Shown here piece by piece: positions 23,992 to 36,581 of a stretch of 64,000 nt of DNA. The stretch's first letter is position 1, and every line of letters begins with the position of its first letter. The notes under the pieces were generated by a model. It did not search any database. It worked only from the letters and a program-made list of their open reading frames with translations, and had not been told where the DNA came from. The DNA lies in NCBI RefSeq assembly GCF_963506605.1, contig NC_083288.1:29078001-29142000 (forward strand), given 5' to 3'. The DNA is from Zootoca vivipara (lineage: Eukaryota). The position numbers and the translations under genes were made by a program.

Positions 23992-24618
23992 TTATCTATT
24001 ATGAAGCAGCCTAGAAAGCTAATTCAACTTTTCAGTTAGCTAAACCTCCATTATGTGGTTTGTCATATCAGGTGGTAAATGCTTAGGGACTCTCTCCTGC
24101 CACCCTGTACCATTTTTACCCCATGAATGAGTTGCCCTCCACACTGAGACTAACAATTCTAACTGGGGTAAAAATGGTGTGGAGAGATCAGCATATTTAT
24201 TCACACTCTCTATGGGTGCCATATGCCACTTAAAATCTATGTTTTGAGGAGACCATATCTGCTGAAGACACTCCATACATTGAGAAAATTTAATGAGTAA
24301 TGGGATGCAAACTGACAAGATCTCATCCAAGGCAGAACTTCAGAGGAAAAATTAGAGCTACTGTATCTACTTGGGCAAGATATCTGAGGAAAACAAAGGA
24401 AAGAAAAAAAGGTTTTGATAATAACTAATAACTACTTTTTTGAGATCTCAGCTCAAACTGCACCCTATTTTTTATTGTTTTCAGTTATCTATTATGAAGC
24501 AGCTTAGAAAGCTAATTCAACTTTTCAATTAGCTAAAGTTGCTAAACCTCCATTATGTGGTTAGCTAGTCATATCAGGTAGTAAATGCTTAGGGACCCTC
24601 TCCTGCCACCCTGTACCA
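23992..24618. repeat. Dispersed ~120-bp direct repeat (23992-24112 and 24485-24618)
   Basis: TTATCTATTATGAAGCAGC...CCTGCCACCCTGTACCA twice, with a few substitutions and small indels. Confidence 0.9.
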
Positions 24619-25339
24619 ATGATACAACAGGTTATAATTCTTTCACTAGCATTGTACATCCCTACCACTAAAGCCATCTGAAAAGACCAGAAATGAATTG
24701 TCACTTACCTAGAATTTAATCCAGAAGTGCATCCACTATCACTATACCTAAAAGATCACAGCTCAAGTTGAAATAAACTTTCGCCCACTCAGAATGTTCA
24801 CCATAAAATAATAATAGGAGGTGAAGTGTATGTGGGGAAAACTCATCTATATTTATCTTCTTCATTTAAATGGACCTGTTGGGGGAAATTATTACCTTGC
24901 ATCTCCCCTGGCTATGATCTATTATTTGGTTCAGAAGAACCTTATATAGGTCTTGGTGTGATATATTGGAAGGAAGGTGTAGAAACTGGATGATGTCATA
25001 CCCTGCCATATACTCTGCTGAAAGTCATCAAACAACGTTTCTCCTGATACTCTAAAATCCTATTGTGGCTCAATTTGAAGGCAGAGCCATGAGGTTTGTG
25101 AATTCTCTCCCCCCTCCCCCTGCCCTCATGCCGCCCGCCAAAGGAAGATGAAGTACAGAGATCAGGAATGTGCCCTCAGCTCCCATGGTCCCTTTGGAGA
25201 GCAACTTTGCTTAGAGCTGAATAGTTTATTTAAGGAAGGCAGGAAAATGGCTGAAGCAGATTTGCGCAGCCACTTCTCACATGCTAAATGCTAAATAACA
25301 GAGAACAAGGGGATTGCCGATCATTGAATTCTGATTAAT

Positions 25340-25789
25340 CTGCTCCACCGCACGGTGGGGAGGAGTTGTGGTGGATCGTGTGACTGCCCCCTCCCCTCCG
25401 GGGGGCGGGGACTTGTTCCACACCACCCAGGGGGATCCCGGCCACGTCATCCGTCAGCCAGCCAATCCGTTGGCTGGGGGGCATGGCCGGGCCCCGTTTA
25501 AACAGCCACGCGAGCTGAGAGGCTCCCTCTTGGTTCGGGGCTAGGGTCATGCCACAACCCTTCCGGGAACCCTGGGGTGAGCTCGAGTTGGTTTGCCCTA
25601 CCAGACTACCTGCACAACAGGCAGGAGTCAGAGTTAGCCTGGTCTACTCAATGCCTAAGCCAATACCGCTCACATTCTGTAATCAATAAAGTTGTGGCCT
25701 AAATTTGCCCAATAACATTAACCTTATTTCCTGTGTCCTAGTGTTTTATTCCTCCTTGAGGGGGTGGTTGTGGGATCTTGACACGCAAT
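25340..25789 (+). mobile_element. Terminal-repeat remnant of a Ngaro/DIRS-like element
   Basis: GC-rich, CCAAT then TTTAAA, then CAATGCCTAAGCCAATACC...AATAAAGTTGTGGCC...ACACGCAA, shared with the 37.5 kb and 61.3 kb copies. Confidence 0.55.
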
Positions 25790-28693
25790 ATCTTTTGCTT
25801 GCCTCGATGGAAGTGGGAGAGATGTTTGTGAGTTTATATAGAGAGCTCAGACTTCTACATAGTGTGAATATATGCTACTGTGCAAAGATAAGAGTTGTGC
25901 TGGTAATTCCATCTGCCTTTGTTCCTGGCCCTTGCCATCAGTGTTATAATAGCCCTGGAAGGCTGCCCATGAGAGAATGTAGCCTTCAAGGTGAAAAAAT
26001 ATATATGTCCCCATCCCTGTTGTAAGCCATCAAGCTGAAAATAGTCCCCCATATATATATATACAGTGGTTCAACAGCCTATTGCTTTCCCTGCTTTCCC
26101 AGGACTTGCAGACATTGTGTAGCACTGCTAACAGCCATGTCCATGAGTGATGTCAACCACTTGCCAGGAAAGGCAAATGAACTGCACTCACAAATTATGC
26201 CTGGCCAGCCTAGAAGAAAGCTAAAACTATTCCATGTTAGTAAACTTGCACAAACTTTCAACAGACTAAAAGTAAATGGACTTAATTACATCTATTGAAC
26301 AGTCTCTGTATTCCAGGGAGGCTTAAGTGCATTCATAACATGCAAAAGCTCATAAGGGCAGAATTCCCTAGAGCTCCAACATGAACCAATATTAACAGGC
26401 CTGGGACATTTTTACTTTACAGTTGCAAAGATGCATAGCCAGCACATTATGCGCCACTGTCTTTTTAAGTAAGATGGGTTACATGCAATTGTTACAACAA
26501 ATCACCATTTCAGTAATACTGAATATGGGCTAGACTGGACTGAGAGCTATAGGGATTATTTCTTCTTCATCATCTTCATCTTTTATACCATTTAAGATGC
26601 ATTTCTTCCAATAAAGACCACGGTGTCCCTCAGTGTAGCAAGTGCTCCTTCAGGAAACTTACCTGGTGAGTTTCTTTATACAAACACTTATTACAATAAA
26701 TGTGTTTATATTCTTACAGGAAATAGGTTCTATCAATGGCTTCATAGCCACGATAGCTAAATGGAATACTCATGTGCAGAGGCACTTTGTCTCTGGCTAC
26801 CAGATTTCAGGGAGAAACATCAGGGGAGGGATATTTCTTTAATGCCCAGCTTTCATGTTCCTGGACACATTGGTTGGCTGCAATTGAAAATTGAATTTTC
26901 AGGATCTTCGGGATCAGATAAGCTGATAAGTCTGCTGCAAGAGGACTATTCCAAAGGTTGTTGTTGCTGTTGTTACTACTACTAGTAGGAAAATCCTAAA
27001 TATAATGTTCACCATCCCTGACTACAGTATTAGCCATGGTTACTGTGGTTGATGGGAATGGGAGAAGAATGACACCTGGGGTGTCACAGCTTCCCATCCC
27101 TGAGACTTAGCAGCTTGCACATCTGTGCAGTAACTGTATTTTGCTCAGACATAATAATCATCAGCATCCACAGTAATGGGTGGGTGGGGGTCAGACTAGC
27201 CCACCACATGTGTACAGAACTTGTTCAAGTTTTGTTACTCAGCCAGATGAGAGATTAGGGCACCACCAAAAAATGTTTGAAGCAAGGAATAGAGAACTGG
27301 CCCTCTTGAATTAGGTAGATTATATATTATACACAATAGTTGTAGAACTATGTGATGGGTGTAGAATATAGTATGAACTTTGTGCATAACCTGGAAGAAA
27401 CCTTGTGACACCCTGTTTATCTGTAATGACACAAGTTAAGTTCACTAACAAACTTAGCTACATGTTCATTTTGAGACAGCCAATCCCTATTGCAGCCAGT
27501 GTCTTTTGTTTTTATGAATAGTGGCATCATTATACAGTTTAGCCACTGTATCAGCATGGGACATAGTAGAATCAAGTATCTCCTGTTGCTGTTGTGTTCT
27601 GGTTGGGAAGATGCAATCAAATTCTTACCTCACTTCTAGAATGTATCCTTCAAATTTTGAGCAGCAGCCTATACACTAATCATTCAAAAAACAAGAAAAT
27701 TATGGATTAGAAAATACAAGCTAAAAAACATGCGAAACAAAAAGTAGTTCTTATAGTGGTATTTATTTGCAATGAGCTCCAAGGTGGGAATAGTCGTCTC
27801 ACCAGAATAAATATTTGTTTGGTTTGGGAATTAATGTATCCTTCATATAAAATGGATAATTATATGCTTACAGATTTAGCCAACAGATTTGTGCTTGAAA
27901 GAATTGAGAATCTGTTTTATTTTACCAAAAGGGCACATGAGTGGAGGACTTCTGTTCTCTGCTCACTCTGCTTTACATTCCTTCCAGGACAAATCTTATT
28001 TTGCTCTGTTTCTTGTGACATATCTGGTGAGTTCATCTGCCTTTCAGAAATGCTCATATTTATGCACACCATCTGATCACATGGGGCCGTTTTTGAACTG
28101 CTTTAGTTTTCATTTACAGGAAGCATTGAATCTAATAGATAATATCTAATTGTTTCCATATCGATTGTAATGCTGCAGAATGTGACTGCATTTGCCTTGA
28201 ACATTGCAGACGATTTTGGAGGTATTTCAGGGCACACACTTTATTCATATAGGGTACTGGGTAAGGATGTTAATGGTGAAAGTCACTGTGCTGGCCAACC
28301 AATCTTTCAGAAACTTGATTATATTAACCTTTTCGTTTAGGGACCACAACAGGCTTTCAAGGAACTCCACATTTTCCCAGAAAACAGTTTGAAAGCCCTT
28401 GCAATAGTATAATATAACTCATACTCCTCATAAACATCTTATTTTTAAAACATAGTTTAATTTTATCTCTTTTGTAGGGCAGCTCAGCTTTTATGTAGCA
28501 TTTAAGACCAATGTTTGCCTTTTTATTTGTTTGTTTTGAATATTTATACTGGAGAAAGAGATTAGTAAGCCAATAAGGCTACAATACCTTGTGTTTCCAA
28601 CAAATTAGTTCAAAGGAAGCTTACAAGCAACAAGTAAAGATACAAAAATGAATATAAAACTAAACAGCAAAGTACATACAAAGGAACACAAAA

Positions 28694-29210
28694 AGCTGCC
28701 TTATACTGAGTCAAACAGGTGTTCCATCTGTTTTGGTATTTCTATACTGACTGTCAATAGCTCTCCATAATTTTTGGCAGGGGTCTATACCAGTTGTGGG
28801 ACCCAGGTGGCGCTGTGGTTAAACCACTGAGCCTAGGGCTTGCTGATCAGAAGGTCGGCGGTTCGAATCCCTGTGACGGGGTGAGCTCCCGTTGCTCAGT
28901 CCCAGCTCCTGCCAACCTAGCAGTTTGAAAGCACATCAAAGTGCCAGTAGATAAATAGGAACCGCTACAGCGGGAAGGTAAATGGCGTTTCCGTGCGCTG
29001 CTCTGGTTTGCCAGAAGCGGACCTGGAAGCTATACGCCGGCTCCCTCGGCCAATAATGCGAGATGAGCGCGCAACCCCAGAGTCGGTCATGACTGGACCT
29101 AATGGTCAGGGGTCCCTTTACCTTTACCTATACCAGTCGTATCTTGAAAACCCAGGGGGTGAGTTTGGGACCTTCTGCTTGCAAAGCAAAAGATCTACCA
29201 TTGAACTACA
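28694..29210 (-). mobile_element. Older tRNA-derived SINE (Squam3-like) interrupted by a Sauria SINE
   Basis: AGCTGCCTTATACTGAGTC tail on the left and GGGACCTTCTGCTTGCAAAGCA head region on the right of the insert. Confidence 0.5.
28798..29127 (+). mobile_element. Sauria SINE (small internal deletion)
   Basis: Same family as 16839-17186; (ACCTTT)n tail; 13-bp TSD CTATACCAGT(T/C)GT. Confidence 0.9.
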
Positions 29211-30073
29211 CATGCACTCCGCCCCCTGCCCCCCCGCAATAGCATTCTGCCAGGTGACAGAGACCATTATGTGCTTTGTTTTCCATTCCTTGATGTCCAT
29301 CTTGGAAGAGAGGAATACTAATGGTCCGCACTCATCTGACTACTGGCAGAGGCAGGAGTGTGTTCCCCCTCCATGACCCAAAAGTATGTGTGAAAGAACT
29401 TTGTGCACATCCCTTTCTTTTCTCTGGGTCATGGAACAGCATGCAGAAATGTTCCTGAAGCTTGTAATGGGGACAGAGCTTTTGGAGGACACAGAACTCT
29501 GTGTGTGCATCAAACCCTTTCTGTGTGCTCTGCACTTGAACTGCAGGATTACACTGAAATGCTTCAAATCCCAACATAGTCACAATCGAGTTAGATATAG
29601 ATGATATAGATATAGATTTGTTTCAAATTTAAGTAAATGTTTTATTAAAAAAAGAATAACTAAACTTTTGATCATGTTTCAAAAGAAATAGTGCAAAAGG
29701 TGTGAGTATGTGTTCTAAAAGATATACTGATATATTTCATCAGTTTGTATTTTATATTATTAAGTCACATTGACCCTTTAATTTACACATGAATTCAATG
29801 TTTCATCATGCTTTCGGTCCATGCTTATATTGATCCTCGCATCAATATATCTCAGGATGAAATAGCTAAAGTTTGTTTACTGAACATCAGATACAATGAG
29901 AGAATTTAAATATTAAGATTGCAACTTCATACCCACTTACCAACCACAGTGAACTGAACTGAAATTAATTTTGAATAGACTTTTACAGAGTTGCATGATC
30001 AAGGAGGCTAACAATGGGCTGAATTGTTCCCTGACGATTTTTGTTTGCTTGTTTTATAGGTGCCTAAACAAAA

Positions 30074-30994
30074 ATGGAAAACCAAACTGAAAGATCAGAG
30101 TTTATTTTCTTGGGACTTTCCAGTGATCCCCAACTGAATATCTTCTTCTTCTTGGTGTTTTCAACCATTTACCTAATAACACTGTCAGGAAATGTCACAA
30201 TCATTCTGGTGATAAGGAAGGAACCTTCCCTTTACACACCTATGTATTATTTTCTGTCTCACTTGTCCTTCGTTGATATCTGTTATTCAACTGACATTGT
30301 CCCTAAGATGTTAATGAACTTGCTAATGAAGCAAAAGACAATTTCCTTCACTGGTTGTCTTACACAAATGTTTTTCAGTCTCCTGTTGAGTGTTACAGAG
30401 GTTTTTATTCTTTCGGCAATGGCTTATGATAGATACACTGCTGTGTGTCACCCACTTCACTATATAGCGATCATGAACAAAACATTATGTGCTTACCTGG
30501 TGATGGGGGCCTGGATAATGGGCTTCCTTTTTGCAGTAATAAACACAGTGCCTACATTAAGTTTGCAGTTCTGTGGCCTTCACAAAATCAGCCACTTCAG
30601 CTGTGAGCTGCCACCTCTTTTGAAAATCTCCTGTTCTGACACCTTCCTCAATAATATGATTCTTCTATCTTCTGTTGTGATTTTTGGACTTGGTTCCTTC
30701 CTGCCAACCTTTGTCTCCTATTTCCACATCATCTCCACCATCCTGAATATCCACTCCCCGGAGGGAAGGAGCAAAGCCTTCTCTACCTGCAGTTCCCACT
30801 TCATTGTGGTTGGCTTATTGTATATGACAGGAATGTCCCAGTACATGAAACCCAGCAGCGTGTCTTCCATGACAATTGATGAACTGTTCTCTATTCAGTA
30901 TAGCATTTTGACCCCCATGTTGAACCCAATTATCTATAGCTTGAAAAATAAGGAAGTGAAGAGAGCTCTTGGAAGAATATTTGGGAAAAAGTAA
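30074..30994 (+). CDS. Olfactory receptor, class II (family 5/8-like; 306 aa)
   Basis: NQT sequon, LYTPMYYFL, MAYDRYTAVCHPLHY, KAFSTCSSH, PMLNPIIYSLKN; acceptor TTTTATAG at 30059. Confidence 0.97.
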   Translation: MENQTERSEFIFLGLSSDPQLNIFFFLVFSTIYLITLSGNVTIILVIRKEPSLYTPMYYFLSHLSFVDICYSTDIVPKMLMNLLMKQKTISFTGCLTQMFFSLLLSVTEVFILSAMAYDRYTAVCHPLHYIAIMNKTLCAYLVMGAWIMGFLFAVINTVPTLSLQFCGLHKISHFSCELPPLLKISCSDTFLNNMILLSSVVIFGLGSFLPTFVSYFHIISTILNIHSPEGRSKAFSTCSSHFIVVGLLYMTGMSQYMKPSSVSSMTIDELFSIQYSILTPMLNPIIYSLKNKEVKRALGRIFGKK

Positions 30995-31784
30995 ATGTTT
31001 TAACACTACAATCCTATTCAGTTCAATTCAGAAGTAAGTCCCATTAGTTAAATGGGGGCTTACCCTCAGACAAGAGGGTATAGGACTGCAGCTGTAGCTT
31101 ATTAGTATGAACATGACACTAGCTTGATATATTTCATTGTATTTGGGTACCATAATTAAACGTTACAGTGAAATGATGTTTTATGTCATTACAGTTGTAA
31201 ACTGCAACCACAAAATTCAGAGCTTAGTTCAATATTCATCAATATGTCATATTCAGATTTACTCTCAACCTCATTCCCATGTCAGCTCTTCTAATAGGCT
31301 CTCTGACTCACCCTGATGCAAAAATGACTTCCCACCAAGATCACATAATCACTGCATTTTCTATGTCCTGAAGAGAGTTGATCCACTATCACCAGCCATT
31401 GTTCTTTATTTTGTATGTCAACATGGTGGCCTGCAGATTTTCTTGAACTCCTATGCCTATAACCCCTAGACAACATGGTCTGGGCTGATGAGCGTTGCAA
31501 TTCAACAACATACCAAAGTCCACAACTTGGCTATCTTCATTCTATGCCTTTCCTCAACACAGACTCGTCAATGCCTGTTTCTCTGTCTCTTTTCTCTGAC
31601 ATTGTTGCTTCCATCAATTGACTCTTCAGCAACACATCCTCTTCAGTCTGTTTTCTACTCAGTTTGCCAATCCTCCACCATGGTATCTTCCATCCAATTT
31701 CATGATGCTTCTTCTCTGACACTGTGTATTGTTACGAGTTTATGGGTGCAAGACCAATGTAATCTCTGGATCAAGCTAGTGCTA

Positions 31785-32005
31785 GAATTTAATTAAGGCT
31801 TGATGCCAGATACATGTGTATTAAGCTCTGTACTAGATACTTCTGTCCTCTGGAATCAGCATGTGTTAAAAGCTAATTAAATTTCCCATGAGGTGATAGC
31901 CTGGGCTAATAGGCCATTAAGACAATAAAGGATCAAAGGAACATGGTGTGGAAAGAAATATGTTGAAGAAACATTTCAGGGAGTCACATTTCCCAAGGGG
32001 AATAA
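31785..32005. promoter_or_regulatory. Candidate OR enhancer/promoter: cluster of homeodomain (Lhx2-type) and O/E (EBF) motifs
   Basis: TTAATTAA 31789-31796; CTAATTAA 31873-31880 next to TTCCCATGAG 31883-31892; TTCAGGGAG about 31975; TTCCCAAGGGG 31990-32000. Confidence 0.4.
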
Positions 32006-32347
32006 AGAGATGAGTTCAGCCAGTTGTGTATTTTCCAGTTATAAATCTAGAGCTTCAAATCAAGCCAAGTAAATCAATCACAAAATACTGAGCAGTAGGA
32101 TCTATGTTAGGTTCTTTCACTCCCAGTGATGTCTGCTAAGGAATTAGGAGGGCCGCATCACTGTCTTAAGAGTCCTTCATTGATTTCACAAATAAAACCA
32201 TTTAGTTTACTTGAATGGGTTTTTAGAATGTCACAGCCAAAGATTAGTGTTTTTTACAGACTGCAAGTAATATGTCTGCCTATCAGGTGAGGATTTAGAC
32301 ATTGAACAAAATTGATGTTTTTCTCTTTGATAAATGCTAAAGTGCTA

Positions 32348-32920
32348 CCGTGTTTTTCGCTCCATAAGACACACTTTTTCCCTCCTAAAAAGTAAGAGGA
32401 AATGTCTGTGCGTCTTATGGGGTGAATACATGGTCCTTGGAGCCGAATTGCCCAGGGGCAAAAATCAGATCATGCTTTTTTAAAAAGAAGAAGAAAGAAA
32501 CAGCTGAAGGCTAACAAGAGGGAAAGAGAACCCGCTCAGTAGCTGATTGCAAGAGATCGGGAGGGAGATAAGAGAAGCTAGCTCCCTTCCCGGCCCCATC
32601 CCCTTGCCCAGGCCTCCACTGTTGTGTTTTCCCAGCGACATGTGACAGGCTAATTAGATTATCTGTCTGGAAACTGTAGAAATGGCTCCATTTCCTTTCC
32701 TTTCCTAAAGAAGCTGCAGAAATGTGAGTTGAACTCCAAAAAAACAGGATTTCCCCCCCTTTGCAAGGTAAGCTGCACAACTTTGAGCTGATGCTAAAAA
32801 AAAATATGCAGCTTTCCCCCTTTGCAAAAAAAGCTGCACAACTGTGAGCTGACCCCCCCCCCCCAAAAAAAACAGGGCTTTCCCCCTTTCCTCCTCTAAA
32901 AATTAGGTGTGTCTTTTGGT
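32348..32920 (+). mobile_element. Truncated Tc1/mariner-type non-autonomous DNA element
   Basis: TA|CCGTGTTTTTCGCTCCATAAGAC left end, internal short repeats (AGCTGCACAACT.TGAGCTGA), right end incomplete. Confidence 0.6.
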
Positions 32921-33209
32921 CATATTGCTTGACCACAGAAAGTCTTGTGAGAAAACTACTGCAGCATATAAATGTAGGACCAAATTGGGTTTAATGGTCT
33001 TTAGTTTTTAGTCCATACAAACTGGTTGTATCTAAATATATGCATTTCCAGTGCTTGCTTCAGAAAAAACAGATTTTAAAAAAACATAAATAATAATTAA
33101 ATGATAACTTGGAAAGCAAGCTGCGCGAGCCCTGGAGGCCCCCTGTGTGCCTTGCCCAAGCCTCCCTCCCAACGGCACCAGGCCGTTCTCTTCCTCCGGT
33201 GAGACAGGC

Positions 33210-33382
33210 AGATGGTGGAATATTTTCCACCACTTTCATCAGCAAAGTTTGCAGAGTCTCACTGTTAAGGCTGACTAACTTTAAGCTCTAGGGTTTGATC
33301 CCTTGGAGATCAGATCCCCATGAGTTTGAATACAGGTATGCCCTGAGCCCGGTTTTGACTGGGGAGGGTGGGGTATGAATAA

Positions 33383-33424
<42 letters not shown>

Positions 33425-35061
33425 GCCAAGCATTCATAGTGTAACAGCATTAGGCAGCAATTGTGTGCAATTAACAAGTTCCACTGAAATCAATGGAAGC
33501 GGAACAGTGATAGCATGAGTAGAGTAGTACTCTACATGAGTAGAGTAATGCAACTGTAAGTTTAGTGGCATTTCCAAGTCCCCAAGTCAATTTTCCAAAT
33601 AATTTGCATTCCACAGAGGCTCTACTCTGGAATTAGTTCATTAGTAGGCTAAACTCTGGGGAAGAAAGAAATATTCTGAACTTTGTCCACCTTTGATGTA
33701 CATGCACATTATTTGCATAACCTTTCCCACAACGTCTAGAAAGGGGGGGTGGAGAGAAAATGAGTGTATATGCATACAAATGAGTTTCACTTTTCTTGTA
33801 TTTTATATCACACACGTGATTGTGGCAGTTCATGATGTTCTGCAGTGCATCGTTAATGGGTTATAGCACTTCCTAACATTAAGGAACACATCCTAACACG
33901 TAGCTTGAATCAACTGCTATTAAATAGTGGTCTGTCCTCTGCTCATTAATCATACTCCAACATTCTCATTTAGCTGCTGGGGGATTTATCAGCTCAATTA
34001 AAGATGGTGGGATATTTTCCACCACTTTCATCAGCAAAGTTTGCAGAGTCTCACTGTTAAGGCTGACTAACTTTAAGCTCTAGGGTTTGAGCCCTTGGAG
34101 ATCAGATCCCCATGAGTCTGAATACAGGTATGCTGATGGAATAGGTTCAATGTATAAAGTACACATGCACATCTTTCCATGAAAAGATAATATACTTTAT
34201 CTTCTAGTCTTCTTTTCACACCGTCTTGTCCCAACACCTGGCCAGTCTTCATGGTAGCCATGATGGGACCAACTATTTTCAAATGCATGATCCGCATCAT
34301 TTGTGAGTATAGCCACATTGCAGAATGAAAATGGACAAAACGTTTTAAAATATGTACTTTTCTTTTCTTTTCAGGGTTATTCTTTAATGAAATAGTTCAA
34401 TGTGTATATAATTGATTGATTTTCATTCTACTGACAAAAATGTCACATTGCCCGGATATGTGAGAAAGAAATACTTTTTTGTTCTTTCTTTCACTTAGCA
34501 AATTTTTCAAAGAAACATTGGAGATTATATACGTAATAATAGCACATAAACTATTATGAGGAGGACTGTTGAGAGTTGAGAGGAATGTAGAACTCTCTTC
34601 TCTCCTACTTTAAATGCAAACACACCTGCAAAAAAAAACCGTTATTCTTTAGACGAGCCTGCTCAGGTACTTAGAAAGCTGAGGTAATTTTAAACAGTTT
34701 TAGTATTTTAACATTTGTATGTTTTAAAGCTGTGGTTCCCCACCACCACCTCTTAATTTTACTGTTTTATCTTTTATCTTTTCTGGTCTCTGAATGGAAG
34801 CATAGGTTCATATCCCACTTCTGACAAATCCTCATGGTCTGGATAGCTCATCTGGAATATGGTGCTCAATTTAGTATAATTTCCTCTTAACCAAGCATTC
34901 ATAGTGTAACAGCATTAGGCAGCAATTGTGTGCAATTAACAAGTTCCACTGAAATCAATGGAAGAGGAACAGTGATAGCATGCATTACTCTACATGAGTA
35001 GAGTAATGCAACTGTAAGTTTAGTGGCATTTCCAAGTCCCCAAGTCCACTCTCCAAATAAT
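33210..35061 (+). repeat. Local duplication: 33210-33341 equals 34002-34133, and 33426-33603 equals 34891-35061
   Basis: Near-identical blocks; in the first copy the ~760-bp spacer is replaced by an L2 tail. Confidence 0.9.
33340..33424 (+). mobile_element. Extreme 3' end of an L2-type LINE with (ATT)n tail
   Basis: GCCCTGAGCCCGGTTTTGACTGGG(G)AGGGTGGGGTAT matches the end of the element at 59125-59392. Confidence 0.8.
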
Positions 35062-35379
35062 GGCCTTATATTATCAGTACTGTGGATATAAATGCAAAGG
35101 AACTCCTTTCCCCCTTCCACCACTCAAGACTACAAGATTTCTTAAGCACACTGGCAGTGTTATTTCCTTTGACTGCTGTGAAGGCTAAGGATCATAGAAT
35201 TCTTTACTTTTTTTCTTTCAATCATAGATTGCTTGGCTTTGACTGACGCTCTGTCCTTGAAAAAATTCATCTGAAGCCTTTTATGAGTTAAACCTCTTCA
35301 ACAGATATATCATAAGAAATACACAGAACGCTTTCACTTTCTCTTTTTTTGTTTCCACAGAAGAACAACCAATCATAAG

Positions 35380-36321
35380 ATGGATCTCTCAAACCATACA
35401 ACTGTGAGTGAATTTCTTATCACAGGATTTCCCAACCTGGAAAAGAGCAGATTTCCAATATTTACGCTAGTACTAATTATGTACACACTAACAGTGATAG
35501 GAAACATGGTTATTGTATTCATCACCAGGTATGAAAATTCTCTTAACACCCCCATGTACTTCTTCCTGGGCAATTTTTCCTTGCTGGAGATCTGTTTTAC
35601 CTCAGTCACAGCCCCAACAATAATGGTTGATCTCATTAGAGAAAAGAATGTTGTATCCTTCAAGAACTGCCTTACCCAAATATATTTTTTCCATGCCCTT
35701 GGTGGCATTGAGTGCCTCCTTTTGGCTGTCATGGCATATGATAGATATGTGGCTGTACGTTCTCCTTTAAGATACAACACCATTATGAGTAGTGTTGTCT
35801 ATCATCAGCTTGCTACTTGGTCTTGGGTCACTGGCTTGGTTCTGCCATTGATCCCAACAATTCTCATATCTCAGCTCAACTATTGTGGGAGCAATGTAGT
35901 GGACCACTTCTTCTGTGACATTTTGCCATTGCTGAGACTGGTTTGCAACAGGACCCAGCTCAACGAGATGCTGAGTTTCTTCATCTGCTCCTTTCTCCTT
36001 GTTGGGTCATTCACAATAACTCTGGGTTCTTATGCTGCCATCTTGATCACTGTTCTGGGCATTCGTTCTTCCGATGGACGCAAAAAGGCCTTCTCCACCT
36101 TTGCTTCCCATTTGACAGTGGTTGGTATCTATTACGGAACAATGATGTTCATTTATGTCAGGCCTACCCGAAACCTCTCCTTCAATATGGACCAGTTGGT
36201 GGCTGTCTTCTACTGCCTGGTCACTCCACTCTTGAATCCCATCATATATAGCCTCAGGAACAAGGAGGTGAAAGAGGCCATTAAAAAAGTTCTCTGTAGA
36301 AAACAGGAAGGACTGAATTGA
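35380..36321 (+). CDS. Olfactory receptor, class II (family 6/11-like; 313 aa)
   Basis: NHT sequon, LNTPMYFFLGNFS, MAYDRYVAV, HFFCD, PLLNPIIYSLRN; two conserved Cys substituted; acceptor CCACAG at 35360. Confidence 0.93.
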   Translation: MDLSNHTTVSEFLITGFPNLEKSRFPIFTLVLIMYTLTVIGNMVIVFITRYENSLNTPMYFFLGNFSLLEICFTSVTAPTIMVDLIREKNVVSFKNCLTQIYFFHALGGIECLLLAVMAYDRYVAVRSPLRYNTIMSSVVYHQLATWSWVTGLVLPLIPTILISQLNYCGSNVVDHFFCDILPLLRLVCNRTQLNEMLSFFICSFLLVGSFTITLGSYAAILITVLGIRSSDGRKKAFSTFASHLTVVGIYYGTMMFIYVRPTRNLSFNMDQLVAVFYCLVTPLLNPIIYSLRNKEVKEAIKKVLCRKQEGLN

Positions 36322-36581
36322 CAAGTTACTATTCAGGAAAAAGCTGAGCAGAGCTTTAACAGAGGAACAAACAATGACCAATGTATAAATTTTATAATGC
36401 ACTACTTATAATGCCTACTTAGGTACTGTACAGCCACATTTAGTAGCAACCATCACCATCATTTAAGCTTATAGTCACTTTTTTGCAAAAGCAACTCAGA
36501 GCAACTTACAATATCAGAACTACTAGCATAACTTGCAGTGCACTTCCATGCATGTATACTCAGAAGTAAGATTCATGTGTA

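Noticed and set aside
28798-28875. tRNA-like A/B boxes
   Set aside because: SINE head, not a tRNA gene; no full cloverleaf
35373-36402. Antisense and alternate-frame ORFs over OR genes (also at 1454, 7014, 47610, 52731, 57777, 62339)
   Set aside because: By-products of OR codon composition; their recurrence reflects paralogy
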